Shown here in pieces: positions 38,450 to 50,489 of a stretch of DNA of 64,000 nt; within the stretch, counting starts at the first letter, position 1; each line of letters opens with the position of its first letter. The translations under genes were made by a program, and so were the position numbers. Source of the stretch: Mantamonas sphyraenae STR306 (Eukaryota > Protista > CRuMs); contig JAPMXV010000041.1 of the NCBI GenBank assembly GCA_026936335.1, positions 62,001 to 126,000 on the forward strand, in the 5' to 3' direction. The notes beneath the pieces are model-generated. The model was not told where the DNA came from, made no database searches, and saw only the letters and a program-made list of their open reading frames with translations.

Positions 38450-41162
38450 CTACTCAGCATACTGCTCCATCACCTTTGTCTTGGCCTCCTCGAGAAAGGC
38501 CTTGAGGGTGGCACTCTGCTTGGGGTTGCCTCCACGCAGGGCAGCCTTGAGGTCGACGTAGGGCTGGCCCGTCTTGTTGCTGACATCCACCACAAACTCA
38601 AGGGCGTAGCTCTTGTAGCCCTCGTCCTGGATGGGACGTCCGCTCTGTTGGCCAAAGTACACCTGTTCCACCTCGGCCAGGTTGCCGGCAAACTCCGAGT
38701 GGCGCTTGGTAAACACGCCCATCTTGAGTGTTTCCATGTCCGCCACATCCGCCTGCACCACCAATCCGCCGTGGCTGTTTGCCGTCACTCCCATGGACTC
38801 CAGTGTGGCATCGATGTCCGCCTGTTCAAACACGCCGCCGGCGACGCTGAGGCGAGCCACGTACAGGACGAGGGCCTCCGGGTGCGGGATGCCCAGCTTG
38901 CCACCCTGTTCCAGGTACAGGAGCATGCGCACGGTGGCAATGGTGTCGTCCGGGTGCACACGCACGGTGACGTGTTGCTCGTGGCCGTCCACGGTGGTGA
39001 CGGTGATGGGCAGGGAGACGCCACGCACACCCACCGAGGGCAACTCGCGTGCCACACTGGCATGCTCACGCACCACACTGGCCAGAAAGTTGTCGGGTCG
39101 CTTGAGCAGGAGGGCACCGTTGCATCGAAGGATGTCCGAGCGCAGGATGGTGGGTGCGTCGTACTCCGGGTAGGTGGGATCGTGACCCACCACAATGTGT
39201 GCCGCCAGCTCCTCGGCATACTCCGGGTTGCTGTCCACCAGGTCCATAAACTGCATCATGTCCTGTCCAAACACGTTGATCTGCATCTGGGCCTCGGGTT
39301 CGTCGTCCTTGAAGAAGGAGGTGAAGAAGTTGTCCTCCGCCACCTCTGCGTTGGCAAACCAGTTCACAAACTGGTACAACGCACGCTGGGCCACGGCCTC
39401 GCTAAAGTCCCCGCTGCCACTCAGCATGTCGTTGAACTCGTCGATGCTGGGCGGCATGTCGTCAAACACCACCTTTTCAAACGAGGGCAACACCGTGTCC
39501 GTGCCCGCCGCGTGGTGGGCCACAAACCCGGCGTAGCGTTCGTCCACCAGATTCACACGGATACGCGTGTAGCCCTCCAGACGCAACCGGTTCAGGATGC
39601 GCCAGTCCGTCTGCAGCAGGTTGCTGCTCAGCGAGGTGTACACCAGTCGCGCGCCGCCGTCCTCCTGCGGGTTGGGGCAGGCGGCACGCGCAGCCTCCAC
39701 CACCTTGCGTTCGTACGCGTCATGCAACAGCGCAAAGTCCGTGTAGACATACGGCGGATCCAGCAGGTACTCGCGCAGGTACGCCAGGGGACGCAGGGTA
39801 AAGTCTGCGCAGCTGTCCATCACATACTTGGCCATGTGCACACGCGGCGTGGCCTCCACACGGAACAGGTTGGCCACGCGGTCCACAAACACCTCGTCCA
39901 AAGGATACATCTCCACGCAGACGGCCAGGCCCACCACGTCCGAATCGCCCGTGCTCGACGTGTGCGGGCCCGCACGGAACTTCCAGCGGCGCGACTGCAG
40001 ATGTGCAGCCTTGGGTTGCACCACAGCCACCTCCACAGGGCGTCCGTCCTCGTCCGTGGGTCCGTGCAGCCACTGGCGATTCAGCCGGTTGATGTCCACC
40101 TCCGAGAAGCCGGCCAGGCGAGCCACGTGGTCCGCCAGCTGCGACACGTGCAGACGCTCGCCCGTGACACGGCACGCCACAAACTCGTACGCATCCATGT
40201 CATCCACCATGCCTGCGTTGGCGCCGCCTCCGTTGGATGAGTTGTTGGAGGAAGAAGACCCTCCACCGCCGCCGCCGCCCTGTGCATCCTCGCGTGCTGT
40301 CAGCATGCGTTCGGTGAGCTCGTCGTCCTCGTCGTCTGCCAACCAGCAGCCTGCGTCAAAGTGACGCACGGTGCTGCCCTGCGACGCGTCGCCACAGAGT
40401 TGCACCAGCACGACGGCGTCCAGGTGCCATCCGGGTGTCATGCCCGAGTTGTCGTGGCCGATGCGCAGGCGACGGATGGGTGCCAGCAGGTACGGCAGAC
40501 GCAACTCCACGTGGTTCACCTGGCCGCGCGCAAACATATCTCCGTCGCCCAGGGCCTGCAGCAGCGAATCGCCGCCTGCGTTGGTGTGTGTCACGCCGTT
40601 GCTTGTGCTGTGCTTGCCGTTCAGTGTGTACGTGTCCGACGTCACGCCCTGCTCGTCCACAAACGCCACAAACACGTGTGCGCTGGTGCCCGCGAGGAAC
40701 TTGTCACTGGTGCGGATCGCAAGGTGCACCACCGTCTCCCCCTCGTTCGGACGCATCACACTGTCCACCTGGATGCCCATCAGGTCTGTGTTGCTGTTGC
40801 TGTCTCCACCCTGTTGTTGCTGCTGCTGCTGCTGCTGTTCATCGTCGTCGTCGTCGCCACCAAACATGCTTGCAAATGAGTCCACCAACGACGACTTGCG
40901 CCTCTCCTGCTGCTGGCCGTCCACTGGTGCCTCTGCACTGCTTGCTGGCACACTCAGGCTGTTGGTACTTGCCGACGCTTGCTGCGACTTGTCATGTGCT
41001 GCTGCCGCCTGCGCCTGTGCCGCCTGTGCTGCGCCTGCATCGGCTGTCGCCGTGCTTGCCTCCTCACCGTTCGTTCGGCTGCTGTCGCTGCTGCTGCCGC
41101 CAAAAAAGCCAGCAAACGAATCCACCAACGACGTCTCTTCTTCCTTTGCAGCTGCTGCCTGT

Positions 41163-41194
<32 letters not shown>

Positions 41195-43452
41195 CTGCTG
41201 CTGCTGCTGTGCCTGGACGTCACTCGGTTGCTCCAACGGTGCGTTGCCCGTTGCCTGTGCCTGTTGCAGAGCCAGCTGTTGGTGCAGAGGGTTCGACGAC
41301 GAATCCACACTCGCGTGTTGTGGCACCTGCCCCACCGGCTCAGCCACGGGTTCGGGTTCGTCAAACGGGTTGCTCGAGCCCAGCGAGAACCCTGCAAAGA
41401 TGCCACCTCCCTGGGCGTTGTTGTTGTTGGTGTTGTTGGTGTTGGTGGTGGTGTTGGTGGTGGGGATGGACGAGGAGGCGGTGGAGGTTGCATGCGACTC
41501 GATTGCCGTCTGCTGGTGGTGCTGGTGGTGCTGGTGCTGCTGGTGCTGCTGCGGGGTGCTGGTGTTGCTCTGCACCACCGTGGTGGAAGCCACGGATTCG
41601 TTGGCACGCACCACAGCATCCTCAATGCTTGCACTCCACTGCAGGTAGTCCTCCATGCCCAGGGCCCTGAAGCTGCGCACCTTGGTGCCGGCGTCAAAGT
41701 TGAACTGAAACTTGTCGTCCTGCATGGACAGACCCGTGCCTGCAAGCGGCACCGTCAGCTTGTGTGCCAAGCTGCCCTCCTTCTTGTCTTCCTTGTACAC
41801 CTCCAGTGCCGTCTCAAACAGCCGGCAGTACCGGTCCTTCCAGATGATCTTGTTGCTGCGTGTCTCACACCGCTGCTTCAGCACACCCTCCACAAGCACC
41901 TGCTGACCCGTGTGGTCCATCTCACTCACGTCATCTGATCCCGATCCCACCGACAGCATGCTCATCGTCGAGTCCATGCGCTCCACACGTCCCAACGGTC
42001 CCTGACGGACACTCGGCGACCACCCACCATTCGCCTCGTCACCCCCAGCACCTCCAGCACCACCATTGACTGCACCGGACGCAACCTGGTTCTTCTGCGC
42101 CTCAAGGTACGCAGGCCACACCTGAACAAAGGGCGACTTGCTGTCCACTCCCTGCAGACCCAGCGGGTTCTTGCCCACAAGCACCTTGGGGCACTCGTTG
42201 CCTCGGTTGTAGAACAGTTCAAAGTCCGCCGGCAGCGATGTCAGCTGGTTCGACGACACATCCAATGTCTGCAGCTTGGGCAGCGAGCCAAACCCTTCTG
42301 GAAGCGCTGTCAGCTGGTTTTTGGCACCAGCAGCTTTTTCAGCGATTCAATGTGGGCCATGCCCGCAGGAATCGACGTCAACTTGTTCCCACTCAGGCTG
42401 TGTGTGTGTGTGTGTGTGTGTGTGTGCATGTGTGCATGTGTGCATGCGTGTGTGTGGGTGTCGTTGATGCAAACACAGTCACCCCGCATATGTGTGTCAG
42501 CATGGGACGTTTGTTCGCCGACACGGCGCCAATCCTGGAGTCGCCAACTCACCGCAAATCAGTCATGCGTTCCAACAGCTCAAAGCTCGACGGCAACTCT
42601 GTCAGACCGTTCTTCTCCAGGTTCAACAGCTGTGTATGGCACATATGCAGTGTGTGCGAGTCAGCATGTGTGCATGTGTGCCTGCATGCCTGCGAAAAAC
42701 GCGCCAACAGGGTGGCTCCCTCTGCTGCGAATTTTCGCTCCCGGTCCCGAGGCAACTCACCAGGATGTGCGTGGCCTCTGCAATCTCCTCTGGAATATGC
42801 GTGATCTCATTGGATGCCAGACGCAGACGCTTGAGTCCCTTGAGGTGCACCACCTCCAACGGGAAGCTGTGTGTGCGCATGTGCGTGTCAGCAAACGCAG
42901 GTCAAGACCCACCGCGTCGCAAAGAGAGAGGGCTTCACCAATGTTGCCTTTTGCCGCCTTTCGTGCCTCCGTTCTGCCTCATGCACACCTACCTGCTCAG
43001 TCGGTTGTTGTTCAAATCCAACACCTCCAACTTGCTCAGCTCGAGAATGCGTTCGTCGACCGATTCGATCTCGTTGTTGGCCAAATCGAGCTGCTTGAGG
43101 TCTGCGCATTTCGGTGTCCCCGTGTCAGCGAATCCTCCCGTCGTGTGCCACTTCCGGCCCCCGGTGCTCTCGTCCATGCATTGTGCTGCGCATGCAATCT
43201 CATCCAACATCGCATCACCCGTCCATCCACACAACCTACCAGTGAGTTCAAACACCTCGTCAGGGATGCTCTTGAGCCCTCTGTCGTTGATTTTCAGCTT
43301 GCGGGTTCTAAATCGACGTTTGTCAGCCACCGTTCGTACCAGAGCACCCCTCCCGTCCTCTTCCGTCCCGCTTCTCTCCTTTGCCACATCCCTCCACATC
43401 CCCGTCCCACTCACTTCTTGGCTGCCGCCAGTTCCTCAGCAAACGCAGACAT
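38450..43452 (-). CDS. Multidomain LRR - PH - PLAT/LH2 - ubiquitin-like protein, multi-exon
   Basis: N-terminal LRR exons; PH VEGVLKQ..WKDRYCRL..YLQWSASIE; PLAT IRTSDKFLAGTSAHVFV..FARGQ..LRIGHDNSG..PGWHL..CWLADD; Ubl ITVTTVDG..VRVHPDDTIATVR..ATLESMGV. Confidence 0.75.
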
Positions 43453-43688
43453 GGTGTCGTTTGGCGATGCGATGGAAGGGGAAAATCTGTGGTGGCAACT
43501 CCGCCCTCCCTTTCCACTCCATTCTGCTCTGCTTCTCCAGGGTGGTTCCCAACCCAACATCGAAATCACAGGTGTGCGTTGCATGCACATGTAACAATGA
43601 GCCCTTGCACAAGTTGGGTTTTCATCGATTTCCTGTTGACGTGATTTCAAAAACCCCCCCCCCCCTCACCCGTACCAAGCGGCTGTGC

Positions 43689-44591
43689 TCATGCGTTGAC
43701 ACTTGCTTCATCGACGCCATCGTAGCCACGTGGGCCACCTGTGATGAGGCGAAGGAAAAGGTGTTTCCACAGGAGGAGGTTCTCCTGGGTGGTGCCGAGG
43801 ACGATAAAGACGTCGAGGCCGATGGACGAGAGGGCAATGGCATGGCCCAACTCCAACGCAAACACAGGATCCTTTGGATGAAAGGCCTGATAGGCACGGT
43901 GCACAAACATGGTGATGAAGATGGCAAAAAACACAAAGACAAACACCACGTGCCTGCCAAAGGTGAACCGGTCCACCTGGGTGACGTTGTGAATCTTGAC
44001 CATGACGGCAGTCCACAGGACGGTGCCCACCAGCAGGAGGAGGCCCATGACGGCGTAGAAGAAGGAAAACTGGATGCTGCCCTCTTTCACGCCTTTGATC
44101 CAACACCACAAGCCCAGGTAGCCCATGTTGTCCGTAAACATGGGCACTAGGGTTAGTAGCACGGGGAAGCCCAGTGAGAAGATAAGGAAGCGCTTCTCGT
44201 TGCGGTTGTCCGTGTGGAACTGCTCGCGGCAGATCAGGTCGTACAGGTTGACCACGATGCAGAACCACCAGCAGATTGTGGACGTGCCCATGTACTGAAT
44301 AAAGAACGCCTGCGTGAGACACAGTGCATTGTTGGTCACCAGCGCACCGTAGCCTGAAAACTGCGGGATGGTCAGGGCCGCGCTCAGGGCGCACGCAGGC
44401 AGCGCAAAGTACAACGAAAGCCGCTGCGGGTATCTCCTCTTGCGTTCAAACACAAGGTAGGTGAGGACCACAAAGGCACTGGTGATGAGCGAGGCCACAG
44501 AGATCACCTCGTAGGTGTGTTTCAGCAAAAGTTGCTCGTCTTGCGTGAACGGCGTCGGAGGCATCTGTTCCGCCCCACCCGGCTGTGACAT
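43689..44591 (-). CDS. 7-TM GPCR of the cAMP-receptor / Frizzled-Smoothened-like-sans-CRD type
   Basis: Seven hydrophobic helices; TYLVFERKRRYPQR after TM1, LCLTQAFFIQY..STICWW in TM3, GLWCWI in ECL2. Confidence 0.8.
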   Translation of the reverse strand: MSQPGGAEQMPPTPFTQDEQLLLKHTYEVISVASLITSAFVVLTYLVFERKRRYPQRLSLYFALPACALSAALTIPQFSGYGALVTNNALCLTQAFFIQYMGTSTICWWFCIVVNLYDLICREQFHTDNRNEKRFLIFSLGFPVLLTLVPMFTDNMGYLGLWCWIKGVKEGSIQFSFFYAVMGLLLLVGTVLWTAVMVKIHNVTQVDRFTFGRHVVFVFVFFAIFITMFVHRAYQAFHPKDPVFALELGHAIALSSIGLDVFIVLGTTQENLLLWKHLFLRLITGGPRGYDGVDEASVNA

Positions 44592-44737
44592 GATGATCAA
44601 TGTGTGTGCTAATGTGTCGGATTGTGTGTGTGTGTGTGGATCGAGTGTCGATGAAATGGGTTGGATTGACAACGGCAACAACCACCTTTCTTTCTTTCTT
44701 CTCCCTCTCATTTCCTCCCCATCACCACCAATCATCA

Positions 44738-45382
44738 TCATCCGAAAAGCTTCATGTAGCAATCGGAGCAATACGGGTGGCCCTTGGCGTCGTCGTGGTA
44801 TTCCTGGCCTGCAAGGAGGCTGTTGCACAGGTGGCAGAGAAAGTGCTCGGGGTGCCACTTCTTGCCCAGTGCGGTGACACATTTGCCCTGGATGGCCTGG
44901 TTGCAGCCACCACAGATGGTGCCTGCAAAGCTGTTGTAGTGTGTGGCACAGTAGGGGAACCCATCGCGTTCGTAAAAGGTGCCCGATGTAAAGGGACCAT
45001 TGCAGGTGGCGCAGACAAAGTGTTCCGGGTGCCACGTCTTGCCCAGCGCGTTCACAAGCTCCCCCACAATGGGCATGAGACACTTGGCACAGCGTTGCGA
45101 GTACATCTGATGGAAGCACGACTCACAGTACGCCTGCTCGTCACGCTCGTAAAAGGTGGCCCCGTTGAACGGCGTGGCACACTCGGCACACGCAAAGTGC
45201 TCCACGTGCCAATACTTGTTCATGGCAATGATGGAACCCTCCATCACCGGCTGGTGGCATCCCGCACAACGTGGGCTAAACAGCTCCGTGTAGCATTCCT
45301 CACAGTACGGCTTGTTCTCATTTGCATAGAACGTCACCTGGCCCAAATCCCGGTTGCACGCCTGGCAGCTGAAGCACGCCTG

Positions 45383-45427
<45 letters not shown>

Positions 45428-46496
45428 CCCATCACACAACCACCAAATCCACACACCCCATTTTGTGTACAGCCATCCACACAGCCCCGTTTCGTGTCAG
45501 TGGCGCTCACCAGGGAGAGAGGGGCTTCTTTGAGACTCGGGATTCTCCACACACGAAAAAAAAATGGGGACAAGCTAAAAAAGGGCCACGTACGTTATGC
45601 CACGACTGTTCCAGAGCCTCGAGACAGGGACCAACGATGTTCTGTTGGCATTTGCCACAGGTCTTGACGCCTGTCTGGGACTTGACGGTGCTCATGTCCT
45701 TGTCCAGGCCGCTGAGGATGCTGTCCAGAGCCGTTCCGCCTCCGCTGCTTGCCTGCGTCTCGTTGAGCTTCTGCAGTGGCGTGCTGCCTCCACCATTGCT
45801 GGCAGAGTTCAGCAACGAGTCCAGCTCAGACACCTGCGGCTTGATCTGTCCTGCACTGCTCAGCAAGGCGTCCAAATCGCTGCCGCTGTTGCTGCTCATT
45901 GTTGTTGTTGTCGTCGTCGTCGTCGGCTTGCTCCCACCACCACCACCACTCAGTGAGCCCATCAGAGCATCCAATTCACTGCTCCCTCCACGGCTGCTTG
46001 CGCCTGCGCTGCTCGTCGTCGTCGTCGTCGTCGTCGTCTTGTTGTTTGTGCTGCTTCCGCCGCTCAGCGAGCCCATCAGGGCGTCCAGTTCGCTACTGCT
46101 GCTGCTGCTGTTGTTGCTTGCCTTGGTCGTCGTGGTACCACCACCACCACCACCACCACCTCCTCCTCCTCCACCCAATGACCCCATCAGTGCGTCCAGT
46201 TCACTGCTTCCGCCGCTGCTGGCCGTGTTTCCGCTTGGGCTCTTTCCGCCTCCAAGCGACCCCATCAACGCATCCAACTCGCTGCCTCCTCCCGACGGCT
46301 TCGGCGGCGCCACGTTCGGTCGCTGTCCCGCTCCTGTTCCGCCACTGCCCAGCGAACTCATCAGTGCGTCGAGCTCGTCACCGCCTCCACCTCCTCCGGG
46401 TGCAGGCGGGGGCATGTTCGGTCGCGACCCCGCAGCCGACGCGGTGTTGCCGCTTTTGCCTTGCAGACTGCCCAGAAGTGCATCCAAATCAGACAT
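44738..46496 (-). CDS. PXN: Paxillin-family LD-motif / 4xLIM protein; exons 46496-45594, 45379-44738
   Basis: Starts MSDLDALLGSL, carries repeated LDxLxxxL motifs and four C-terminal LIM domains ending CYMKLFG. Confidence 0.88.
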
Positions 46497-46637
46497 CGTG
46501 TGTGCGTTTGTGCGTGTGTAGGTGATGTGACGTGATGTGATGTGATGTGATGTGTGTGCTTGGGAGCAGCAGCAAGAAAACGCAATTCAGAATGATTGCC
46601 GGCGTCGTCGCAGCCATACGAATCTTCCCTCACAAAC

Positions 46638-49600
46638 ATGAGCCGTGCGGAGAGGGAAAGATGGGACGGTGTCGTGCAACTGTCCCAGCAGCTGGTCATG
46701 AATCTGAGCGGCCTGGACCCACACGAGGACCAGGGTGACTTTGTCACGGCCACTCACTTTGTCCTCGACAACCTGGACAACCACACGTTTCTCGACGTCG
46801 ACCCACACAAGCAGCGCAAACTGTATTCAGGGTGAGTTTTGAACCGCACAACCAAGCCGGAATTGCCCGCTGGTTCCTGACACACGCGAGTTTGCTCCAA
46901 ATCCGAACTCCGCACACAGCCTCGTCGACAAGCTCTCTTTGCAGGGCCACGAGAGCAAGAGCAACCGCCTGGCTCAGCTCCTGGCCGAATTTGCACACAC
47001 AGATGTACATACAGAAATCTCGAGGGTATGTGTGAAAGGTGGAAAGGGCAGAAACGTGCGTCGCGGCGCGGCGAAACACTCACCCTCGTTTTTGGCGCCA
47101 TCCACGTACAGGACGCCCCCAGCGCCATTCTGATGCTTCTCCACCTGCTCTCCAACAACCCAGGCGGTTTACTGGCAGGCGACCGTGCCACAGAGGTGAC
47201 AGATGCTGCCGCACATGTACAGGAGGGCAGCGGGAAGCCGGACAACGAGCGAGACGGAGATCAGCCGAAAGCCATGGTGTTTGCCACGCCACTGCCACGC
47301 CACACACTGCGCACACGGATTGAAGAGTTGGCAGAAGAGGCACGTCAGGCAGCACTGGAGGCCGAAGAGGAGGCCGAGGAGGACGTATGGTCAGACGAGA
47401 GCGAGTTGTCTGATTGGGGATCGCTGACGTCTCATGAGGAGGAGGAGGAAGAGGAAGAGGAGGAGGTCGATGATGAAGTTGCGGCCGGCAAAGATGCTTT
47501 GGGGCGACTGGATGACTCGGTGGAGATTACATTGGACGACAAGGCTGATGCAAAGGTGATGGAAGGAGATCCGGGGCGGGTTCAAGATGGGGAGAAGCAA
47601 CAGGACTGGTTTGTGGACTTGGAGAGGAGGAGACACATGAGGCAAAGGGTGCAACCTGGATTCTGGAAGACGAGCAAAGGACCAGGGAGCAGCAGGGCGG
47701 CACAGGCAAGATGGATGGAGCTGCAAAAGAATGCCATGTGGAGCAGCGCGGTGTTGCTGAGACATCCAGAGTTGACACAGGCTGCATGTGACGCAGGCAT
47801 GTCGGACGTGTTTGAGGTGGGCGAACGCAAGGTGATGGAGGAGCGTGTGCTGGTGAGGCAAGTGTGCGACATGTTGGCAGACGTGCAGACGGATCTGTTT
47901 GCGTGGGAGGAGCAGGCGCAACGGTATGTGGTGCGCAACCAAGGCGTGCAGTTGGCGCACGTGTCTGCACGCGCGGTGGAACAGTGTCTGTCGCCGCTGT
48001 TGGACATGGGGTCGCGCGTGGCACAGCTGCGCGTGTTTGTGCGAGACGCAAACGATCCGTACAGCGACAAGAGCAGCGTGCTGCAAGGGTTTGCCCAGGG
48101 CATTGCGCACGTGTTTGCTCTGTTCCAACACGATCTGGAAGTGCTACAGCGGCGCGCACGTCACCTGACCGCGTCTGGAGCGGCGTCCAGCGCATCGGAG
48201 GATGTGCACAACATGCGCGCCTACGAGAGTGTGGCACAGCGGCGCATGTGCAGCACACTGATGGGGCTGCACACGTGTCTGGCAGACTGGGAGCGGGACT
48301 GGGCGCACCTGCACGCCCTGTACATGGCGTCGTATGTGGATCTGGCACACATGTTGGCCGGGGATATGCATGCAGACGAACACAAGGTGACGTACTTTGA
48401 CGACTATGGGGACGTGATGCGGTCAGCGCACACGCTGCAGGTGCTGTACGACGACGTGCAGGGCCTGAGCACGGCGGCGCCTGCGGGCACGTCGCACACG
48501 CTTGCATTTAGCATGCACGTGTTTCTCTGCGCCCTGCGTCCCTATGTGGACATCATGGACACGTGGCTGTACGACGGCACCCTGAACGACCCCAAGCGCG
48601 AGTTTTTTGTGCAACAACGCAGCGATGTGCAGCCACGTTCGCTGGAGTATTGGAAGCAGGCGTTCATGCTGCCGCTGCACTCGTTTGGCGCCAGGTCGCA
48701 GTCGGGTGTGGCATGGGGCTCGTTGGGCTCGCTGGTGCCTTCGTTCATGCACAAGCTGGCCGTGTGTGTGCTGGTGGTGGGCAAATCGGCACATTTGGTG
48801 CAACTTATCGACGACGTGCCACTCAGCATACACAAGCACTTTGGGCAGGACTTGTCACGCAGCAACCTGGCGGATCTGAGCGGCATGAGTGCCGAACGGG
48901 GCGCGTTGGGCAGGGTTTCCCTGAACGCCTTGTTTGTGACCTCGCTGTGCAGTATGGTGGAAGACATAGCCAGCGTCGGTGAGGTGGAAGTGAGCGTGAG
49001 GGACGAGTCTGAGGAGGAGGAGGAGGAGGAGGAGGATGACGAGTCGGTGGAAGTGATTGAGATCGAAGAGGTGGTGGACGAGAGCGGAACAGACGTAGCA
49101 GTAGCACAGCAAGACGAGGTGCAAGGGTTGTTTGCGCGTGCCGATGGCCTGGCACCCATCGCTACGCTGGCCACCCGGTGTGATGCAGGTGACCTGTTGG
49201 ACGTGTCGTCGTGGACGGCTGCTCAAACGCACGAGGCCAGTTTGGCCGCATGGATGGACAAGACGCAAGAGACGCTGTGGGTGACACGGACAGTGGACAG
49301 TCACGGTGCACACAATGGGAACAAGCAGGAAGAGGGACAGCGGCTGGGTGAGACGTGGCTCGCGCAGGAGGAGATCGGAGAGGTGAGTGTGCAGACGTTG
49401 ATGCGCTGGATGCAAACATGTGGGGGCTCTGCGTGGTTCAGTGCACGCCAAGTGGTGGACCAGTGTCTCGGCAAACACATCTGGAAACGGTACGGGGAGA
49501 TCAGTCCGTCTCTGGTCCAGCTCATGTTCCAGGAATGCGAGCTGGAGGGCCATCTGGAAGTGCTCGCGGACGTGCTGTTGCACCAAGCGGGACCCGCCAT

Positions 49601-50426
49601 GCACCATTTTGGCTGCGGACTGTTTACGTTGGTGCAGCGTGGCAGCGACGCGTGGCGTGACGAGTACCTGCTGAACGAACAGCTGCAGGAGTCGGTGCAG
49701 GTGTTTGTGGACGACCCGTTTGTGGATCTGGAACAAGGGCCCAGCCACAGGTTGTTGATGGTGACGGTGCACGAAGAGGTGGAGGTGGATGTGGCCGGTG
49801 CAGGGCTGTTTGATTGCATCGAAGTGGACATGCAGACGGAATGGCCGTTGAATTTGGTGATCAACGTGCCGGCCATGGCCATGTACAACCAGGTGCACAG
49901 GTTGGTGCTGGAGGTGAAACTGGCCAAGTGGCAGCTGGACGAGAGTCTGCCCAGCAAGGTGAGTGGACTGAAGGGTCGCCGGCGGGCAGGCGACGCCCTG
50001 GTGCACAGGCTGGAACTATTGCGTCACCGTATGCTGCACTTTGTAGACACCCTGTACGGCTTTGTGTTGGACCAGGTGGTTAACCTGCAGCGGGTGCAGT
50101 TCAAGGAGGAATTGCAGGCGGCTCGCGATCTGGACCAGCTGCTTGCGGCGCACCAGGACTACCTGGAGCGATGCCTTTACGTGTGCTTTCTCACAGACAA
50201 GCACGCACCTCTGCTGCGTGCGCTGCGTGTCATCCTGTCCCAGTGTGCACGCATGCGATCACTGTACGTGCGGCAATGCGCACAGCGGGATGGCCAGGAT
50301 GCGGAGGAGCGACGCAAGGTGCGCACGCAGCTGCAACAGCTGGAGGCGGACCATGCGCGCTGGAGTGAGTTTGTCATGGGGCTGCTTGCACGTGTGGGAA
50401 GTGGCTTGGCGGTGTTGTTGGGATGA
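46638..50426 (+). CDS. TUBGCP5: Gamma-tubulin complex component 5; exons 46638-46831, 46920-47025, 47112-50426
   Basis: GCP5-like N-terminus (FVLDNLDNHTFLDVDPHK..GLVDKL..ESKSNRL); ERVLVRQV, RPYVDIMDTWLYDGTLNDPKREFFV, VPSFM..VVGKS, WPLNLVI..YNQV, DLDQLLAAHQDYL. Confidence 0.85.
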
Positions 50427-50489
50427 TTGTCAAAGTCAATGGAAGTTGCTCGCACAGCGAACCAGCGAAACCAATTCGTTTGTGCAGTC

